DNA of 64,000 nucleotides from Pseudomonadota bacterium (GCA_027320085.1 DAHVLZ010000011.1:1-64000); one strand, 5' to 3'. Shown: positions 20,113-33,622, counted from the first letter of the stretch. The notes: generated by a model not told the origin, from the letters alone. Numbers and translations: made by a program.

Positions 20113-21332
20113 CGGCGATCGGCCAGACCGACCGCAGCCCGGACCTCGGCGAGGGTCTTGTGGGCTTCGTGCTCGGCCTTCTCACAACCGGCCTGCAGGA
20201 TGTCTTCCACGTCCCGGGGATGACTGTGCCAGTGTTCGATCTGTTCCCGGACCGGCCCCAGGCGCTCTTCCAGGTGACCGAGCAGACGCATCTTGCAGTC
20301 GAGACATCCGATTCCGGCACTGCGGCAGCCAACCTGGGCCCATTCGCGGGTTGCCGCCGGCGAAAAGGTCTCGTGGTACTTCCAGACCGGGCAACGGGCG
20401 GGATCCCCCGGGTCACTGCGGCGGACCCGTGCCGGATCGGTCACCATGGTCCGGATTTTTTCACGCACGACCGGTTCGGGATCCCTGAGTCCGATGGCGT
20501 TGCCGTAGGACTTGGACATTTTCCGCCCGTCGGTCCCGGGCAGTTTGGCTCCCGGGGTGAGGAGCGGTCGGGGTTCCGGCAGGATCTCGCGTCCGGTGCC
20601 GCGGGCCTCGGCCGCGAGGGCCTTTTGCTCATCGGGCTTGAGATCGGGCACACCCCCGAGCAGCGATTCGATGGCATTCCACGAGGAGGCCGCCCCGGAC
20701 TCCCGGTATTCCTTGACGAGCGTATCCCACCGGAGCTTCGCGGTGGGTGTCAGGCGGCCTTGCGCCCGGGCCAGCAACTGTTCGAAGGCAGGACCGCGAC
20801 CATAGAGGAAATTGAAACGGCGGGCGATTTCCCGCGTGACCTCGAGATGGGCCACCTGGTCCTGTCCGACCGGAACCAGGCGGGCCGCGTAGGCCAGGAC
20901 GTCGGCGGTCATGAGGACCGGGTAGCCCAGAAAGCCGTAGGTCGAAAGGTCGCGGTCCGCGAGTGCTTCCTGTTGCTCCTTGTACGTCGGAACCCGTTCC
21001 AGCCAGCCGAGCGGGGTGATCATGGACAAAAGCAGGTGCAACTCGGCGTGCTCGGGAACGCCGGACTGGACGAACAGCGTCGCCCGTTCGGGATCGACGC
21101 CCACCGCGAGCCACTCGCAGGCCATCCCGCGTGCGAGGTCCGCGAGCGCCCCCGGACTCTCGTAGTGGGTCGTGAGCGCGTGCCAGTCAGCGGCAAAGAA
21201 ATAGCAGTCATGCTGCTTTTGGAGCGCAACCCAGTTTTGAAGCACCCCGACCCAGTGTCCGAGATGAAGCGGTCCCGTGGGCCGCATGCCCGAGACGACG
21301 CGCGTGGATTCTTCCGGCACCGGCGGCGGCAT
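20109..21332 (-). CDS. trpS: Tryptophanyl-tRNA synthetase
   Basis: SGMRPTGPLHLGH, GYPVLMTAD, KMSKS; ATG at 21332 overlaps the upstream TGA. Confidence 0.96.
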   Translation of the reverse strand: MPPPVPEESTRVVSGMRPTGPLHLGHWVGVLQNWVALQKQHDCYFFAADWHALTTHYESPGALADLARGMACEWLAVGVDPERATLFVQSGVPEHAELHLLLSMITPLGWLERVPTYKEQQEALADRDLSTYGFLGYPVLMTADVLAYAARLVPVGQDQVAHLEVTREIARRFNFLYGRGPAFEQLLARAQGRLTPTAKLRWDTLVKEYRESGAASSWNAIESLLGGVPDLKPDEQKALAAEARGTGREILPEPRPLLTPGAKLPGTDGRKMSKSYGNAIGLRDPEPVVREKIRTMVTDPARVRRSDPGDPARCPVWKYHETFSPAATREWAQVGCRSAGIGCLDCKMRLLGHLEERLGPVREQIEHWHSHPRDVEDILQAGCEKAEHEAHKTLAEVRAAVGLADRR

Positions 21333-22027
21333 CAAAGCCGGAGGAGGCTCAGGGTCTCGAGGAGTGCCCGACCGGACAGCCCGGTACCCCCCAGGAACAG
21401 GGCCAGGATTCGACCCAAAAGGGGCCCCACGATGAGAAAAAAGACCCCCGTGAGGAGGAGCAGAAGAAGGATCCAGATGCCGTAGGGTTCGATCATGGAA
21501 AACCGCCGGGCCCAGGGCAGGGGCAGGATCCCGGTCAGAACCCGGCCCCCGTCCAGGGGGGGGAGCGGGAACAGGTTGAACACCATGAGCAGGATGTTGA
21601 TGTAGATGCCGGCCACCGCCATCAGGATCAGAAACTGACCGAAGGGCGTGCCGGGAATGAAGATGCGGGCACCCTGGGCCACGAGGAGCCAGGTGAGGCC
21701 CATGAGAAGGTTGGCGCCCGGCCCGGCCAGTGCCACGTAGGCCATGTCCCGGTTCGGATGATGGAAGTTGCGCGGGTTGATCGGGACCGGCTTGGCCCAA
21801 CCGAAAATGAAGTGGACCGGCAAAAGCAGACAGGCCAGGGGCACGAGGACGGTTCCGATCGGATCGATGTGGCGGACCGGGTTGAGGTTGAGTCGACCCA
21901 GCATTTCCGCCGTGCGATCACCGAACTGACGGGCCGCATACCCGTGCGCCACTTCGTGAAGGGTGATCGCGAAAAGTCCGGGCACCACCCAGATGGCGAT
22001 GAGTTGCAGAAGACTGAGATGCGGCAT
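21332..22027 (-). CDS. Site-2 protease family (M50) membrane metalloprotease
   Basis: HEVAH, AGPGAN, NLFPLPPLDG. Confidence 0.92.
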   Translation of the reverse strand: MPHLSLLQLIAIWVVPGLFAITLHEVAHGYAARQFGDRTAEMLGRLNLNPVRHIDPIGTVLVPLACLLLPVHFIFGWAKPVPINPRNFHHPNRDMAYVALAGPGANLLMGLTWLLVAQGARIFIPGTPFGQFLILMAVAGIYINILLMVFNLFPLPPLDGGRVLTGILPLPWARRFSMIEPYGIWILLLLLLTGVFFLIVGPLLGRILALFLGGTGLSGRALLETLSLLRL

Positions 22028-22185
22028 CGGTGCATTATAGGCGCTCACACGCCGCTTCGCCGCGGGCCCGATCCGGCAGCGGAAACCCGGGTATCCGGAA
22101 ACGGGACGGACGGGCGGCTTTTATCGACCGGATGGGTTATCATGGGACAAATGGATTCGGGTCAACCCACCTTCAGGTAATCAAC

Positions 22186-22491
22186 GTGTGGTTCGCACTC
22201 TGGGCCGAGGATCATCCCGACCGGAGCCGGGAACGCCCGCAGTGGCGTGATCGGCACCTCGAGCGGTTGAACCGGCTTTTGGACGAGGGCCGGCTGCTGG
22301 TTGCCGGACCCCTCCTCCGCCATCCGGTTCCCGAAGTGCTGCCGGCCGCTTGCGGCGGCAGCCTGATCGTCGCCGACTTCGCCTCCCGTGAGGAAGCCGA
22401 GCACTGGATCGAAGAGGATCCCTACCAAAAAGCCGGCCTTTTCCGTTCGGTTGAGGTCCACCCCTTCCTCCCGACCATTCCTCCAGGCTGA
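22186..22491 (+). CDS. yciI: YciI family protein
   Basis: RDRHLERL, LLVAGP, GSLIVADF, EDPY; GTG start inferred. Confidence 0.88.
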   Translation: MWFALWAEDHPDRSRERPQWRDRHLERLNRLLDEGRLLVAGPLLRHPVPEVLPAACGGSLIVADFASREEAEHWIEEDPYQKAGLFRSVEVHPFLPTIPPG

Positions 22492-22494
22492 ACC

Positions 22495-22842
22495 ATGAGC
22501 CCGACCGCTTGCGACCGCTCCCCGGAAACCGCCTCGCCGCTCGAGTCCCATCTCGCCCAGGCCTTTCCCGGAAGCCGGATCACCCTCCGGGACGATGCGG
22601 CCCTGCACCAGGGCCACCCCGGGCGCCCCGCGGGTTTTGGTCACTTCTCCCTCGAGATCGTGGCCCCGCAGTTCACCGGGCGACCCCTCCTCGAGCGCCA
22701 CCGCATGATCCACCACGCCCTGGGATCGCTCGCGGACTGGCGGGTGCATGCACTCGCGATCACCGCCCGCGCCCCGGGCGAGGGGCGCCTTCCTTCTTCC
22801 CTCCCCACTTCCACTCCATCCCCGAAAGAGGTTACCCCATGA
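22495..22842 (+). CDS. bolA: BolA family protein
   Basis: HQGH, HFSLEIVAPQF, LERHRMI, VHALAI. Confidence 0.88.
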   Translation: MSPTACDRSPETASPLESHLAQAFPGSRITLRDDAALHQGHPGRPAGFGHFSLEIVAPQFTGRPLLERHRMIHHALGSLADWRVHALAITARAPGEGRLPSSLPTSTPSPKEVTP

Positions 22843-23732
22843 GTCACAAGAAATCCCTCCTCCGAGCCGTGGTGCTCGCCGTCGGCGTCGTTGCCCTGGC
22901 TGCCTGCAGCCACCCGTCGAAAACGAGTTCAGCCCAATCGGAAAACCGCCCGGTCGCGATCGTGAACGGGCACCCCATCCGCCAGGGCGTGCTGGACACT
23001 TTCCTCGGCGTCACGAAAAGCGCGCCGTCGCAACTGTCCCCCATGATCCAGAACCTGGCCCTGCAACGCCTCGTGGACATCCGGGTCCTGGCCGAGAAAG
23101 GCAGACAGGACGGGCTCCTGAGAAGTCCCCGTGCGCGGAACAGCCTGTTTTTGCAACGCCAGGTCCTGCTCGCCAACCTGGAAATCCGCCACTATCTCAA
23201 AACACACCCGATCACCCCGGCGCAACTCAAGTCGGCCTACACCAAAACCGTGGGACGCATGGGCCACCATGAGTACAAGGCCCGCCACATCCTGGTCAAG
23301 ACCCAGGCCCAGGCCCAGGCCATCATCGTCGACCTGGAACATGGTCAGCATTTCTCCACTCTCGCGAAGAAGTTCTCCGAGGACACGACGGCCGCCGCCG
23401 GTGGCGAACTCGGCTGGGTCAGCGCGAGCCAGGAGACCCCGCCCTTTGCCGCGGCCCTGCGGAAACTCAAGGTTGGCCAGTACACGCGCGTTCCCGTGAA
23501 GACCCAGTTCGGCTGGCATGTGATCGAGCTCCAGGGCAAGCGACCGATCACCCCGCCCAGTTTCAAGCAAATGCACAGCCGGCTGCTCAACGTGTTGCGT
23601 AACAAGGAAGTGACCGACTTCATCACCCGGCTGCGCAGCCAGGCCAAGGTCAAGATCCTGCTCAAGCCCAGCGCACCGGCCCCGACGGGACCGGCGGCTC
23701 CCCCCGCCCCTCCCGCTCCGGCCAAGCCCTGA
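22839..23732 (+). CDS. PpiC-type peptidyl-prolyl isomerase lipoprotein
   Basis: Lipobox LAAC, KARHILV, GGELGW, KTQFGWHVI; ATGA overlap with bolA. Confidence 0.9.
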   Translation: MSHKKSLLRAVVLAVGVVALAACSHPSKTSSAQSENRPVAIVNGHPIRQGVLDTFLGVTKSAPSQLSPMIQNLALQRLVDIRVLAEKGRQDGLLRSPRARNSLFLQRQVLLANLEIRHYLKTHPITPAQLKSAYTKTVGRMGHHEYKARHILVKTQAQAQAIIVDLEHGQHFSTLAKKFSEDTTAAAGGELGWVSASQETPPFAAALRKLKVGQYTRVPVKTQFGWHVIELQGKRPITPPSFKQMHSRLLNVLRNKEVTDFITRLRSQAKVKILLKPSAPAPTGPAAPPAPPAPAKP

Positions 23733-23740
23733 GACTCGCG

Positions 23741-23769
23741 GTGGGGTACGGGCTCGCCCCGTACCCCAC
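23741..23769. terminator. 12-bp perfect hairpin between the convergent PPIase and ligA genes
   Basis: GTGGGGTACGGG-CTCGC-CCCGTACCCCAC. Confidence 0.6.
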
Positions 23770-23774
23770 ACCGC

Positions 23775-25841
<2,067 letters not shown>

Positions 25842-28800
25842 TCAGGCCTGCTCGGCCATCCGGACCGCTTCATCGAGGTCGACTGCAACAATGCGTGAGA
25901 CCCCCGGTTCCTGCATGGTGACCCCGACGAGTCCGTCTGCCGTCTCCAAAGACAGCTTGTTGTGACTGATCAGGATGATCTGGAGGTGCTCGGAAAGCTC
26001 GCGCACGAGAGCCGCGAAGCGGAGAATGCTCGATTCGTCCATGGGGGCATCCACCTCGTCCAGCATGCAGAACGGGGCGGGATTGAGCCGGAAGATCGCG
26101 AAAATGACGGCAATGGCGGTGAGCGCCTTCTCTCCGCCGGACAGCTGGCTGATCGAGACCGGCCGTTTGCCGGGCGGCCAGGCGAACAGTTCGACACCGG
26201 CCGTCTCCTCGCTGTCTCCCACGCGCCGGAGCTCCGCCTGCCCCCCCCCGAAAAGACGGGGGAACAGCTGTCTCAATCCCTGGTTGACTTCCCGGAACGT
26301 GGCATCGAAGCGGGTCCGGCTTTCCAGGTCGATTTTCTGGATCGCCTCCTGGAGCAGGTTCAGTCCCTGGGTGATGTCATGGATCTGTGCATCCAGGGCC
26401 TCCTTTTGGACCCGCTCGCTTTCGTAATCCTCGGGTGCCCGGAGGTTGACCTCCCCCAGCCGTTCGATTTTCCGTTCCAAAGCCTCGATCTCCCCTTCGA
26501 TCGCATCCGCGGTGTCGGTATCGGTCACGGTGAGGCTCCAGTCACACTGGCTGCGCTCGGCCCGGATTTCGAGCTCCGCCAGACGGCTTTTCCAGTCCTG
26601 GGCCTCGAGCCGGCACTGTTCGAGCACGCCACGGACCGCTTCGTACTGCCGGGTCGTCTCCGTGCGCTTCTCTTCGAGTTGGGCTTTCGACCGTTCACCC
26701 GCCTCCCGGTCCGAGCGCACCGCTTCGAGCCGCTCCTGGGCCGTCCGGAGGGCCGCCACCCAGCGTTCCGGTCCATCCTCCGCCTTTGTGTCCGACTGCT
26801 CTGCCTGCCCCCGTTCATCGAGCAGATGGAGCTCCGCCTCCAGTTCGGAAAGCCGCCCGGCCGTCTCCGTCACCCGCCCCCGGATCGCGTCGACTTCGAC
26901 TGCAAGCCGCTCGCCGGCCACTTCGAGTTCATGCTCGCGCGCACCCACCGTCCGGGCCCTCAGGGCCCGCTCCTCGCACTCGGCCCGAATCGCATCCCGC
27001 TCGGCCGCCAGCCGCTCGGCCGTGGCGGTGAGGGCCGCCATCCGGTCTTCGGCCTCGGCGGATCCCGTCTCGGCCTCCGCCAAGCGGAGGTCGAGTTCAG
27101 CCAGGCGTTCCGTGAGCTCCGCGCGCGACTTCAAGGCGGCCTCCCGTTGCCGTTCTTCTTCGGCCAGCTCGAGATCGAGTTGAATCAGCCGGGTGCGGAT
27201 CTCCATCAGCCGTCCCGCCTGGTCGGCGTTCAAGGCCTCGAGATCGGAGACGCGCCGGGCGAGATCCGTGACATAGGCCTCGCTCTCCTCGAGGCGATGG
27301 TTCTCTGCCGTGCGTCTGGCTTCAAGCTCAACCCGCCGCCCTTCGAGCGCGCGAATCTCCCGGTCATAGGCGAAAACCGAACCCAGTCCCCGGTCTCCCC
27401 GGTGGATCGCCATCCAGTGGCGCCCCACCACGACCCCCTGGGGGGTGACCCAGTATTCCGACCGGCCGAGCTCATGCCGCCGGGAGAGTGCTTCCTCGAC
27501 CGAAGACGCCTGCCGCAGGCCGGCCATGAAAGCGGCCACATCCACGGTCGGACTCCGGAGGGGACCGGGGGCCGCCCCGGGAAGCGAGGGTGGGGGGGGG
27601 GAGGCCTCGGGTTCGATCAGCATGGCGGAACTCGCGGCCAGCTCCGCAAAGGAGCCGGCGAAGGGTTCGAGCGCATCGACACAAACGGCCTTGAGCCGTT
27701 CCCCGAGGACTGCCTGGACCACGGCTTCGAATCCGGCTTCGACCTCGATCCGTTCGACGAGACGTGGACGATCCGCAAGCCCCTTCTGTTCGAGCCAATC
27801 CCGGACCTCGTCTCCCTCGAAGGCGAGCGCCGCCTCGCGCAGCTGTTCCTGGGCCTGGATGCGACCTCTGGCCTGCTCGAGGGTCCGCTCGGTCTCGCGG
27901 AGTTCCGCTTCGCATTCGTGGACCCGGATCCGGGCCGCCTCGAGACTCTGTTTGAGTTCGGCGAGTCCCGCCTCCCGATCCGCCTTCTCCCGGAGCCCGG
28001 TCTCATGCTCAGTCCCCACCTGGTCCCGCTTCCGACGCAGCGCATCGGTCTCGACACCGGCCAAGCGCCCCTCCCACTCCCGACGCTGGTTCCCGAGCTC
28101 GCTTCCCTGTTCCCGAAGATGTTCGGCATTGACCCGGCCCACTTCCGCATCCCGCCGGGCCTGCGCCAGATCCTCGCGGAGGAGGTTGAGACGCTCCTCC
28201 AGTCGACGGCGTTCATCCTCACGGGACTGGAACTCGGCCTGGGCCCGGGTCGACTCCTGCCGGGCCGACGCCTGATCTTCCCGGCTCTCGCCGAGCCTCG
28301 CCTCGAGCTCATCCAGGTTCGACTGCTCAGCGGCCAAACGTTCCCGGAGCCGGCCCTGCTCGGCTTCGAGCCGTTCGTGCTCCTGGACCCGATGCTGGCG
28401 TTCCAGCTCACGGGTTTTCTCGCGGGTTTCAATCTCGTGGATCTTCTGTTCCAGTCGGCGGCACTGGGTCTGGGCCTCCTCGTAGGCGGCCATCACCTGG
28501 CGTTCGCGCTCTCCCAGGGTGATGCGCTCGACGTCGATCCCGGCCTGGGCGGCCTTCACCCCCTGGAGGTTCCGTTCCGCCTCGCGGACCCGCCCGTCAG
28601 CACCTTCAAGGCTGCGCGAAAATTCCCGCTTCTGCAGGATGAACAGGCGACTCGTCTGGGTGCGACGGGTTTCGCGTAGGGCCCGGAAACGTTCGGCCTG
28701 GCGGGCCTGCTGGGCCAGTTGACCGAGCCGCTTCGTGTGCTGATCCCGGATCTCGCGGACCGACTCCAGGGTCTCGGTCGTCTGCTCGATCTTGGCCAGG

Positions 28801-29339
28801 GTCTCCCGGCGGCGTTCCTTGTACTTGGAAACTCCGGCGGCTTCCTCGAGAAAGCTCCGCCACTCTTGGGGATGGAGATCGATGAGCCGCGAGATCGTGC
28901 CCTGTTCGATGATGGCATAACTCCGTGGTCCGAGACCGGTACCGAGAAAAAGGTCGGTGATGTTGCGGCGCAGGCACAGGGAACCGTTCAGGTAGTACTG
29001 GGAGACCCCGTCCCGGCCGACCTCGCGGCGGACCGAGATTTCGCTGAAGGCGGCATACTCGCCTCCCAGGCGCCCATCCCCGTTGTCGAAGACGAGTTCG
29101 ACCGAGGCCCCTCCGGCCCGGTCCCGGGCATGGGAACCGTTGAAGATGACGTCCGGCATGGCGTCGCCCCGCAGGTTCTTGGCCGAGCTTTCGCCCAAGA
29201 CCCAGCGGACCGCATCGATGAGATTGGACTTTCCGGCCCCATTGGGTCCGGTGATGGCCACGACGGGTTTCGGAAACTCCAGGCTGGCGGGATCGGCAAA
29301 GGACTTGAATCCGCTCAGTCTGATTTTTTGTAGCCGCAT
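25842..29339 (-). CDS. smc: Chromosome segregation protein SMC
   Basis: GPNGAGKSN Walker A, coiled coils and hinge, LSGGEK signature, MLDEVDAP Walker B. Confidence 0.97.
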   Translation of the reverse strand: MRLQKIRLSGFKSFADPASLEFPKPVVAITGPNGAGKSNLIDAVRWVLGESSAKNLRGDAMPDVIFNGSHARDRAGGASVELVFDNGDGRLGGEYAAFSEISVRREVGRDGVSQYYLNGSLCLRRNITDLFLGTGLGPRSYAIIEQGTISRLIDLHPQEWRSFLEEAAGVSKYKERRRETLAKIEQTTETLESVREIRDQHTKRLGQLAQQARQAERFRALRETRRTQTSRLFILQKREFSRSLEGADGRVREAERNLQGVKAAQAGIDVERITLGERERQVMAAYEEAQTQCRRLEQKIHEIETREKTRELERQHRVQEHERLEAEQGRLRERLAAEQSNLDELEARLGESREDQASARQESTRAQAEFQSREDERRRLEERLNLLREDLAQARRDAEVGRVNAEHLREQGSELGNQRREWEGRLAGVETDALRRKRDQVGTEHETGLREKADREAGLAELKQSLEAARIRVHECEAELRETERTLEQARGRIQAQEQLREAALAFEGDEVRDWLEQKGLADRPRLVERIEVEAGFEAVVQAVLGERLKAVCVDALEPFAGSFAELAASSAMLIEPEASPPPPSLPGAAPGPLRSPTVDVAAFMAGLRQASSVEEALSRRHELGRSEYWVTPQGVVVGRHWMAIHRGDRGLGSVFAYDREIRALEGRRVELEARRTAENHRLEESEAYVTDLARRVSDLEALNADQAGRLMEIRTRLIQLDLELAEEERQREAALKSRAELTERLAELDLRLAEAETGSAEAEDRMAALTATAERLAAERDAIRAECEERALRARTVGAREHELEVAGERLAVEVDAIRGRVTETAGRLSELEAELHLLDERGQAEQSDTKAEDGPERWVAALRTAQERLEAVRSDREAGERSKAQLEEKRTETTRQYEAVRGVLEQCRLEAQDWKSRLAELEIRAERSQCDWSLTVTDTDTADAIEGEIEALERKIERLGEVNLRAPEDYESERVQKEALDAQIHDITQGLNLLQEAIQKIDLESRTRFDATFREVNQGLRQLFPRLFGGGQAELRRVGDSEETAGVELFAWPPGKRPVSISQLSGGEKALTAIAVIFAIFRLNPAPFCMLDEVDAPMDESSILRFAALVRELSEHLQIILISHNKLSLETADGLVGVTMQEPGVSRIVAVDLDEAVRMAEQA

Positions 29340-29417
29340 GCCGCCTCGGACCCGTAACGGGCAACGCCGTGAAAGTGTAAATTATTCATTCCGCGCTTTT
29401 CCCACCCGGTCGGATCC

Positions 29418-29831
29418 ATGACCCGAAGCCCCAGCCGCTCACTGTCCACCTTCCCCAACCCGGAGCCTGGCCGGGACTACCTCATCCGGATGGAAATCCC
29501 GGAGTTCACCTGCCTCTGCCCGCTCACCGGTCAACCGGACTTCGCCGTGCTGCACCTGGCCTATATCCCGGACGGGCTCTGTCTCGAACTCAAGGCGCTC
29601 AAGCTCTACGTCTGGTCCTACCGGGATGAAGGGGCGTTTCATGAGGCGGTGACCAACCGCATTTTAAACGACCTCGTCGCAGCCTGCCAGCCGCGCTATC
29701 TCCGAGTGGAGGCCTGTTTCCACGTCCGCGGGGGAATTCGAACGACGGTTCTGGCCGAACACCGCAAGACGGGCTGGAGCGGCCATCCGCCACTCCGGGA
29801 CCCCGACTCCGCGCGGGATTCCTTGACCTGA
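29418..29831 (+). CDS. queF: preQ1 synthase QueF (short unimodular type)
   Basis: [31 protein letters not shown]. Confidence 0.95.
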   Translation: MTRSPSRSLSTFPNPEPGRDYLIRMEIPEFTCLCPLTGQPDFAVLHLAYIPDGLCLELKALKLYVWSYRDEGAFHEAVTNRILNDLVAACQPRYLRVEACFHVRGGIRTTVLAEHRKTGWSGHPPLRDPDSARDSLT

Positions 29832-29935
29832 GCCCGGGAAACCCCGTTCCCGGGGATTCATCCGGCTGGCCGAGACTGCTATAATTGCTCTTTAGCCGAC
29901 CGGAATCCAATTCCAAGGCCCATCCAGGCATACCG

Positions 29936-30508
29936 ATGTCCCCCAGCAAAAAAACCCCGCGTCCCGCGCCCGCCGGAAACGGATCGGGACCCCGGAGCAC
30001 ACGCGCTCCAAAGATCCTGAAAAAGGGCAAAACCCGCGCTCCGGAACCCACCTCCCGGCCCGTGAAGGATTTGGCCGATTCCTCCTTTTTGAGCACGCTC
30101 GGAGAAGGCATCGCGCCCTACCCGCTCCGTGAGGGCGAAAGTTACATGAATGCCGCCCAGAAGGAGCACTTCCAGCGGATTCTCACGACCTGGAAGCAGG
30201 ATCTCATGGAAGAAGTCGACCGGACCGTCCATCACATGCAGGATGAGGCCATGAATTTCCCGGATCCCAACGACCGGGCCACGCAGGAGTCCGAGTTCAG
30301 CCTCGAACTCCGGACCCGCGACCGGGAACGCAAGCTCATCCGGAAGATCGACGAAGCGCTTCTCAAGCTTGAAACCGACGAATACGGCTACTGCGACCGC
30401 TGCGGGATCGAGATCGGGATCCGACGTCTCGAGGCCCGCCCGATCGCCACCCAGTGCATCGACTGCAAAACCATCGAGGAGATCCGGGAAAAACAGCTGA
30501 GCGGCTAG
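29936..30508 (+). CDS. dksA: RNA polymerase-binding protein DksA with basic N-terminal extension
   Basis: DPNDRATQE, CDRC...CIDC zinc finger; start uncertain. Confidence 0.95.
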   Translation: MSPSKKTPRPAPAGNGSGPRSTRAPKILKKGKTRAPEPTSRPVKDLADSSFLSTLGEGIAPYPLREGESYMNAAQKEHFQRILTTWKQDLMEEVDRTVHHMQDEAMNFPDPNDRATQESEFSLELRTRDRERKLIRKIDEALLKLETDEYGYCDRCGIEIGIRRLEARPIATQCIDCKTIEEIREKQLSG

Positions 30509-30529
30509 GCCGGCCCAAGCGGTTCCGGC

Positions 30530-31516
30530 ATGATCCGGAAAAGTACGTTCCGTCCGGCCTGGTGGTTACCCAACGGTCACGCCCAGACCCTGTATGCCGC
30601 CCTCGGCCGCCGCGTTCCCGCCGCGCCGGTCCGGATGGAGACCTTCGATTGGCCGGATGGAGACCGGACGCGGGGATTCTGGTCGTCGATTCCCCGCCCG
30701 AACGATGGCGGCACAACCGTGGTGCTGCTCCCCGGACTGGAGGGTGGGATCCGTTCGCCCTACATCCGGGGATTGCTCCGTCGGCTGGCAAAAGACGGCC
30801 ATCGGGTCCTGGTCCTCCCCTTCCGGGGCAGTGTCTCCAACCCGTCAGCGGGGCCCCTCACCTACCACGCCGGCTGGACCCACGATCTCGAGCGGGTCGT
30901 GGGACACCTGCTCGCCCTCGAACCCGAACGGGTCCTGGCCCTGGTCGGGTTTTCCCTGGGCGGCAACATGATGCTGCGCTGGCTCGCCACCGATCCGCGG
31001 GCGGGCGACATCCGCCAGGCGATCGGTGTGAGCATCCCGTTTGATCTGTCCTGCACGGCGCACCGGCTTCGACGGGGAAGCGGCCGGCTCTATGAACGGT
31101 ATCTGGTCGCGGAACTCAGGCGGAGTGCCCGCCGTCATCTCCGGGCCCATGGCCATCCGACCCTGGATGTCCGGAGACTGGGCCGGCTCAAGACCTTTCT
31201 CGAGTTCGATGAACATTTCGTGGCGCCGCTGCACGGCTTCCGGGATGCCCACGATTACTACCGGCAGACGAGCGCCCGTCCGCTCTTATCCCGGATCCGG
31301 ACCCCCACCCTGCTCCTCCAGGCCCTGGACGATCCCCTGATCCCGCCCGACTGCCTGCCGGACGAATCGGAATGGGGATCCGAGTCGGTTTTTGAATGGA
31401 GCGAACGCGGCGGTCACGTCGGCTTCATCAGCGGACGCTGTCCCCTGTGGGGAGACGCCTGGCTGGAGGAACGGATCGCCCAGGCGCTCGCCGGCCTGGC
31501 CCGGGGGGCCGCCTAG
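30530..31516 (+). CDS. YheT-family alpha/beta hydrolase
   Basis: NGHAQT, GLEG, GFSLGG nucleophile elbow, DDP, GGHVGF. Confidence 0.88.
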   Translation: MIRKSTFRPAWWLPNGHAQTLYAALGRRVPAAPVRMETFDWPDGDRTRGFWSSIPRPNDGGTTVVLLPGLEGGIRSPYIRGLLRRLAKDGHRVLVLPFRGSVSNPSAGPLTYHAGWTHDLERVVGHLLALEPERVLALVGFSLGGNMMLRWLATDPRAGDIRQAIGVSIPFDLSCTAHRLRRGSGRLYERYLVAELRRSARRHLRAHGHPTLDVRRLGRLKTFLEFDEHFVAPLHGFRDAHDYYRQTSARPLLSRIRTPTLLLQALDDPLIPPDCLPDESEWGSESVFEWSERGGHVGFISGRCPLWGDAWLEERIAQALAGLARGAA

Positions 31517-31519
31517 CGT

Positions 31520-33622
31520 TCAGTGGTTCTGGTCGAGACCCTTCATGCTGAGCCGGACACGGCCCTGACGGTCGACCTCGAGCACACGGACCTTGATCAG
31601 ATCCCCTTCCCGGAGTCGATCGCCCACCTTCTCCACCCGCTCTTCCGAAATCTGGGAGATATGGACGAGACCATCGCGGCCGGGCAGGATGGTGACGAAC
31701 GCGCCGAAGTCCATGAGCTTCACGACCTTGCCCTCGTAGATCTTGCCGACCTCGACATCCGCCGTGATTTCCTCGATCCGGTGCTTGGCCGCCTCCGCCG
31801 AGGCCAGATTGACCGAGGCGATCCGGATGAAGCCGTCATCCTCGATATCGATGGTCGTTCCCGTTTCCTCGGTGATGGCCCGGACCACGGCGCCGCCGCG
31901 GCCGATGACCTCACGGATTTTTTCCGGGTTGATCTTCATGGTGAGGTAGCGCGGGGCCCATTCCGACATCTCCGCCCGGGGTGCGGACAAAACAGCGTTC
32001 ATGGTCTCGAGAATGTGGAGGCGTCCTTCCCGGGCCTGTTCCAGGGCCGCCTGCATGATGGTCCGGTTGATCCCCTCGATCTTGATGTCCATCTGGAGTG
32101 CCGTCACCCCCTGCCCGGTTCCGGCCACCTTGAAATCCATGTCCCCGAGATGGTCCTCGTCCCCGAGAATGTCGGTCAGGACGGCAAACCGGTCCTCGCT
32201 CTTGATGAGACCCATCGCCACACCCGCCACCGGGGCCCGGATGGGAACTCCCGCATCCATGAAGGCGAGGCTGGTTCCGCAGACCGTGGCCATGGAACTC
32301 GAGCCGTTGGATTCGGTGATTTCAGAAACCACCCGGAGCACATAGGGATACTGGGTCATGTCCGGCATGACCGCGAGCAGGGCCCGTTTGGCCAGCCGGC
32401 CATGCCCGATCTCACGGCGTTTGGGTGAACTCAAAAAGCCGGTCTCGCCGACCGCGTAGGGCGGAAAGTTGTAGTGCAGCATGAAAGGTTCGCGCCGTTC
32501 GCCTTCGAGCCCGTCGATGATCTGGGCATCCTTGGTCGTGCCGAGGGTGACCACGACCAAGGCCTGGGTCTCGCCCCGGGTAAACAGGGCCGAGCCATGG
32601 GTCCGGGGCAGAAACCCGGTGTTGATCTGGATGGGACGAACCTGGCGGGTCGTCCGGCCATCGATGCGGGGCTGTCCCGCAAGGATGCGGCCGCGGACGA
32701 TTTCGCGCTCGATGTCCTTGAAAATTTTCTTCGCGGCATCCGGCCCCACAGGGATCCCGTCAGCGGATTCCCCCGGGACGGCCGCGAGGCTCGCAAGCAG
32801 CTGGGTCTCGATCTCGGCGAGACGTTTCTGCCGGGCACTCTTCTCGGCCAATGAATAGGCGGCCTCGAGCGTATCCCGGCACTGGGTCCGGATCCGCCCG
32901 ACCACGGCGGGATCGGATGCGACCGGTGCCCACGCCCAGGGCGTGCGGCCGGCCTCCCGTTTGAGTTCCCGGATGCACTCGATGGCCACCTGCATCTGTT
33001 CGTGACCGAACAGGACGGAGTCCAACATGACCGACTCGGGCAGTTCCGAGGCCTCGGACTCCACCATGAGAACGCCCCGCTCCGTGCCGGCAACCACGAG
33101 GTTCAACTGGGACTGGGCCAGATCCGCGGCCGTGGGATTGAGCAGGAACTGGCCTTCCCGGTAACCGACCCGCGCGGCACCCAGAATGCCGTGAAAGGGG
33201 ATACCGGACAGTTCGATGGCGGCGGAGGCCCCGATCAAGGCCGGAATGTCGGCATCGATCTCCGGATTCATGGAAATCACCGTGGCGATCACCTGGACCT
33301 CATGGGTAAAACCCTTGGGGAACAGGGGACGGATCGGACGGTCAATGAGGCGCGAGGTCAGGGTCTCCTTCTCGGTCGGGCGCCCTTCCCGCTTGAAAAA
33401 GCCTCCGGGAATCCGGCCCGCAGCGTAGGTTCGTTCCAGATAATTGACGGTCAGCGGGAAAAAATCCTGGCCCACCGCGGCCTCTCTCCGGGCCACAACC
33501 GTGGTGAGTACACAGGTCTCGCCCATGGTCACGAGAACGGCGCCGTCGGCCTGCCGGGCAATGGCCCCGGTCTCGATCGTGACTGTATGGGATCCATAGG
33601 CAAAGGACTTTTTCACCGTCAT
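31520..33622 (-). CDS. pnp: Polyribonucleotide nucleotidyltransferase
   Basis: [34 protein letters not shown] and S1 domains. Confidence 0.98.
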   Translation of the reverse strand: MTVKKSFAYGSHTVTIETGAIARQADGAVLVTMGETCVLTTVVARREAAVGQDFFPLTVNYLERTYAAGRIPGGFFKREGRPTEKETLTSRLIDRPIRPLFPKGFTHEVQVIATVISMNPEIDADIPALIGASAAIELSGIPFHGILGAARVGYREGQFLLNPTAADLAQSQLNLVVAGTERGVLMVESEASELPESVMLDSVLFGHEQMQVAIECIRELKREAGRTPWAWAPVASDPAVVGRIRTQCRDTLEAAYSLAEKSARQKRLAEIETQLLASLAAVPGESADGIPVGPDAAKKIFKDIEREIVRGRILAGQPRIDGRTTRQVRPIQINTGFLPRTHGSALFTRGETQALVVVTLGTTKDAQIIDGLEGERREPFMLHYNFPPYAVGETGFLSSPKRREIGHGRLAKRALLAVMPDMTQYPYVLRVVSEITESNGSSSMATVCGTSLAFMDAGVPIRAPVAGVAMGLIKSEDRFAVLTDILGDEDHLGDMDFKVAGTGQGVTALQMDIKIEGINRTIMQAALEQAREGRLHILETMNAVLSAPRAEMSEWAPRYLTMKINPEKIREVIGRGGAVVRAITEETGTTIDIEDDGFIRIASVNLASAEAAKHRIEEITADVEVGKIYEGKVVKLMDFGAFVTILPGRDGLVHISQISEERVEKVGDRLREGDLIKVRVLEVDRQGRVRLSMKGLDQNH

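Noticed and set aside
20570-20810. Insertion of roughly 70 aa in TrpS
   Set aside because: To my knowledge a common feature of the roughly 400-aa beta/gammaproteobacterial TrpS subfamily.
25962-28679. 905-aa plus-strand ORF
   Set aside because: Antisense shadow of smc; long shadow frames are expected in high-GC DNA and it has no motifs.
29340-29417. preQ1 riboswitch before queF
   Set aside because: No preQ1 stem-loop or A-rich tail; the short gap fits a divergent promoter.
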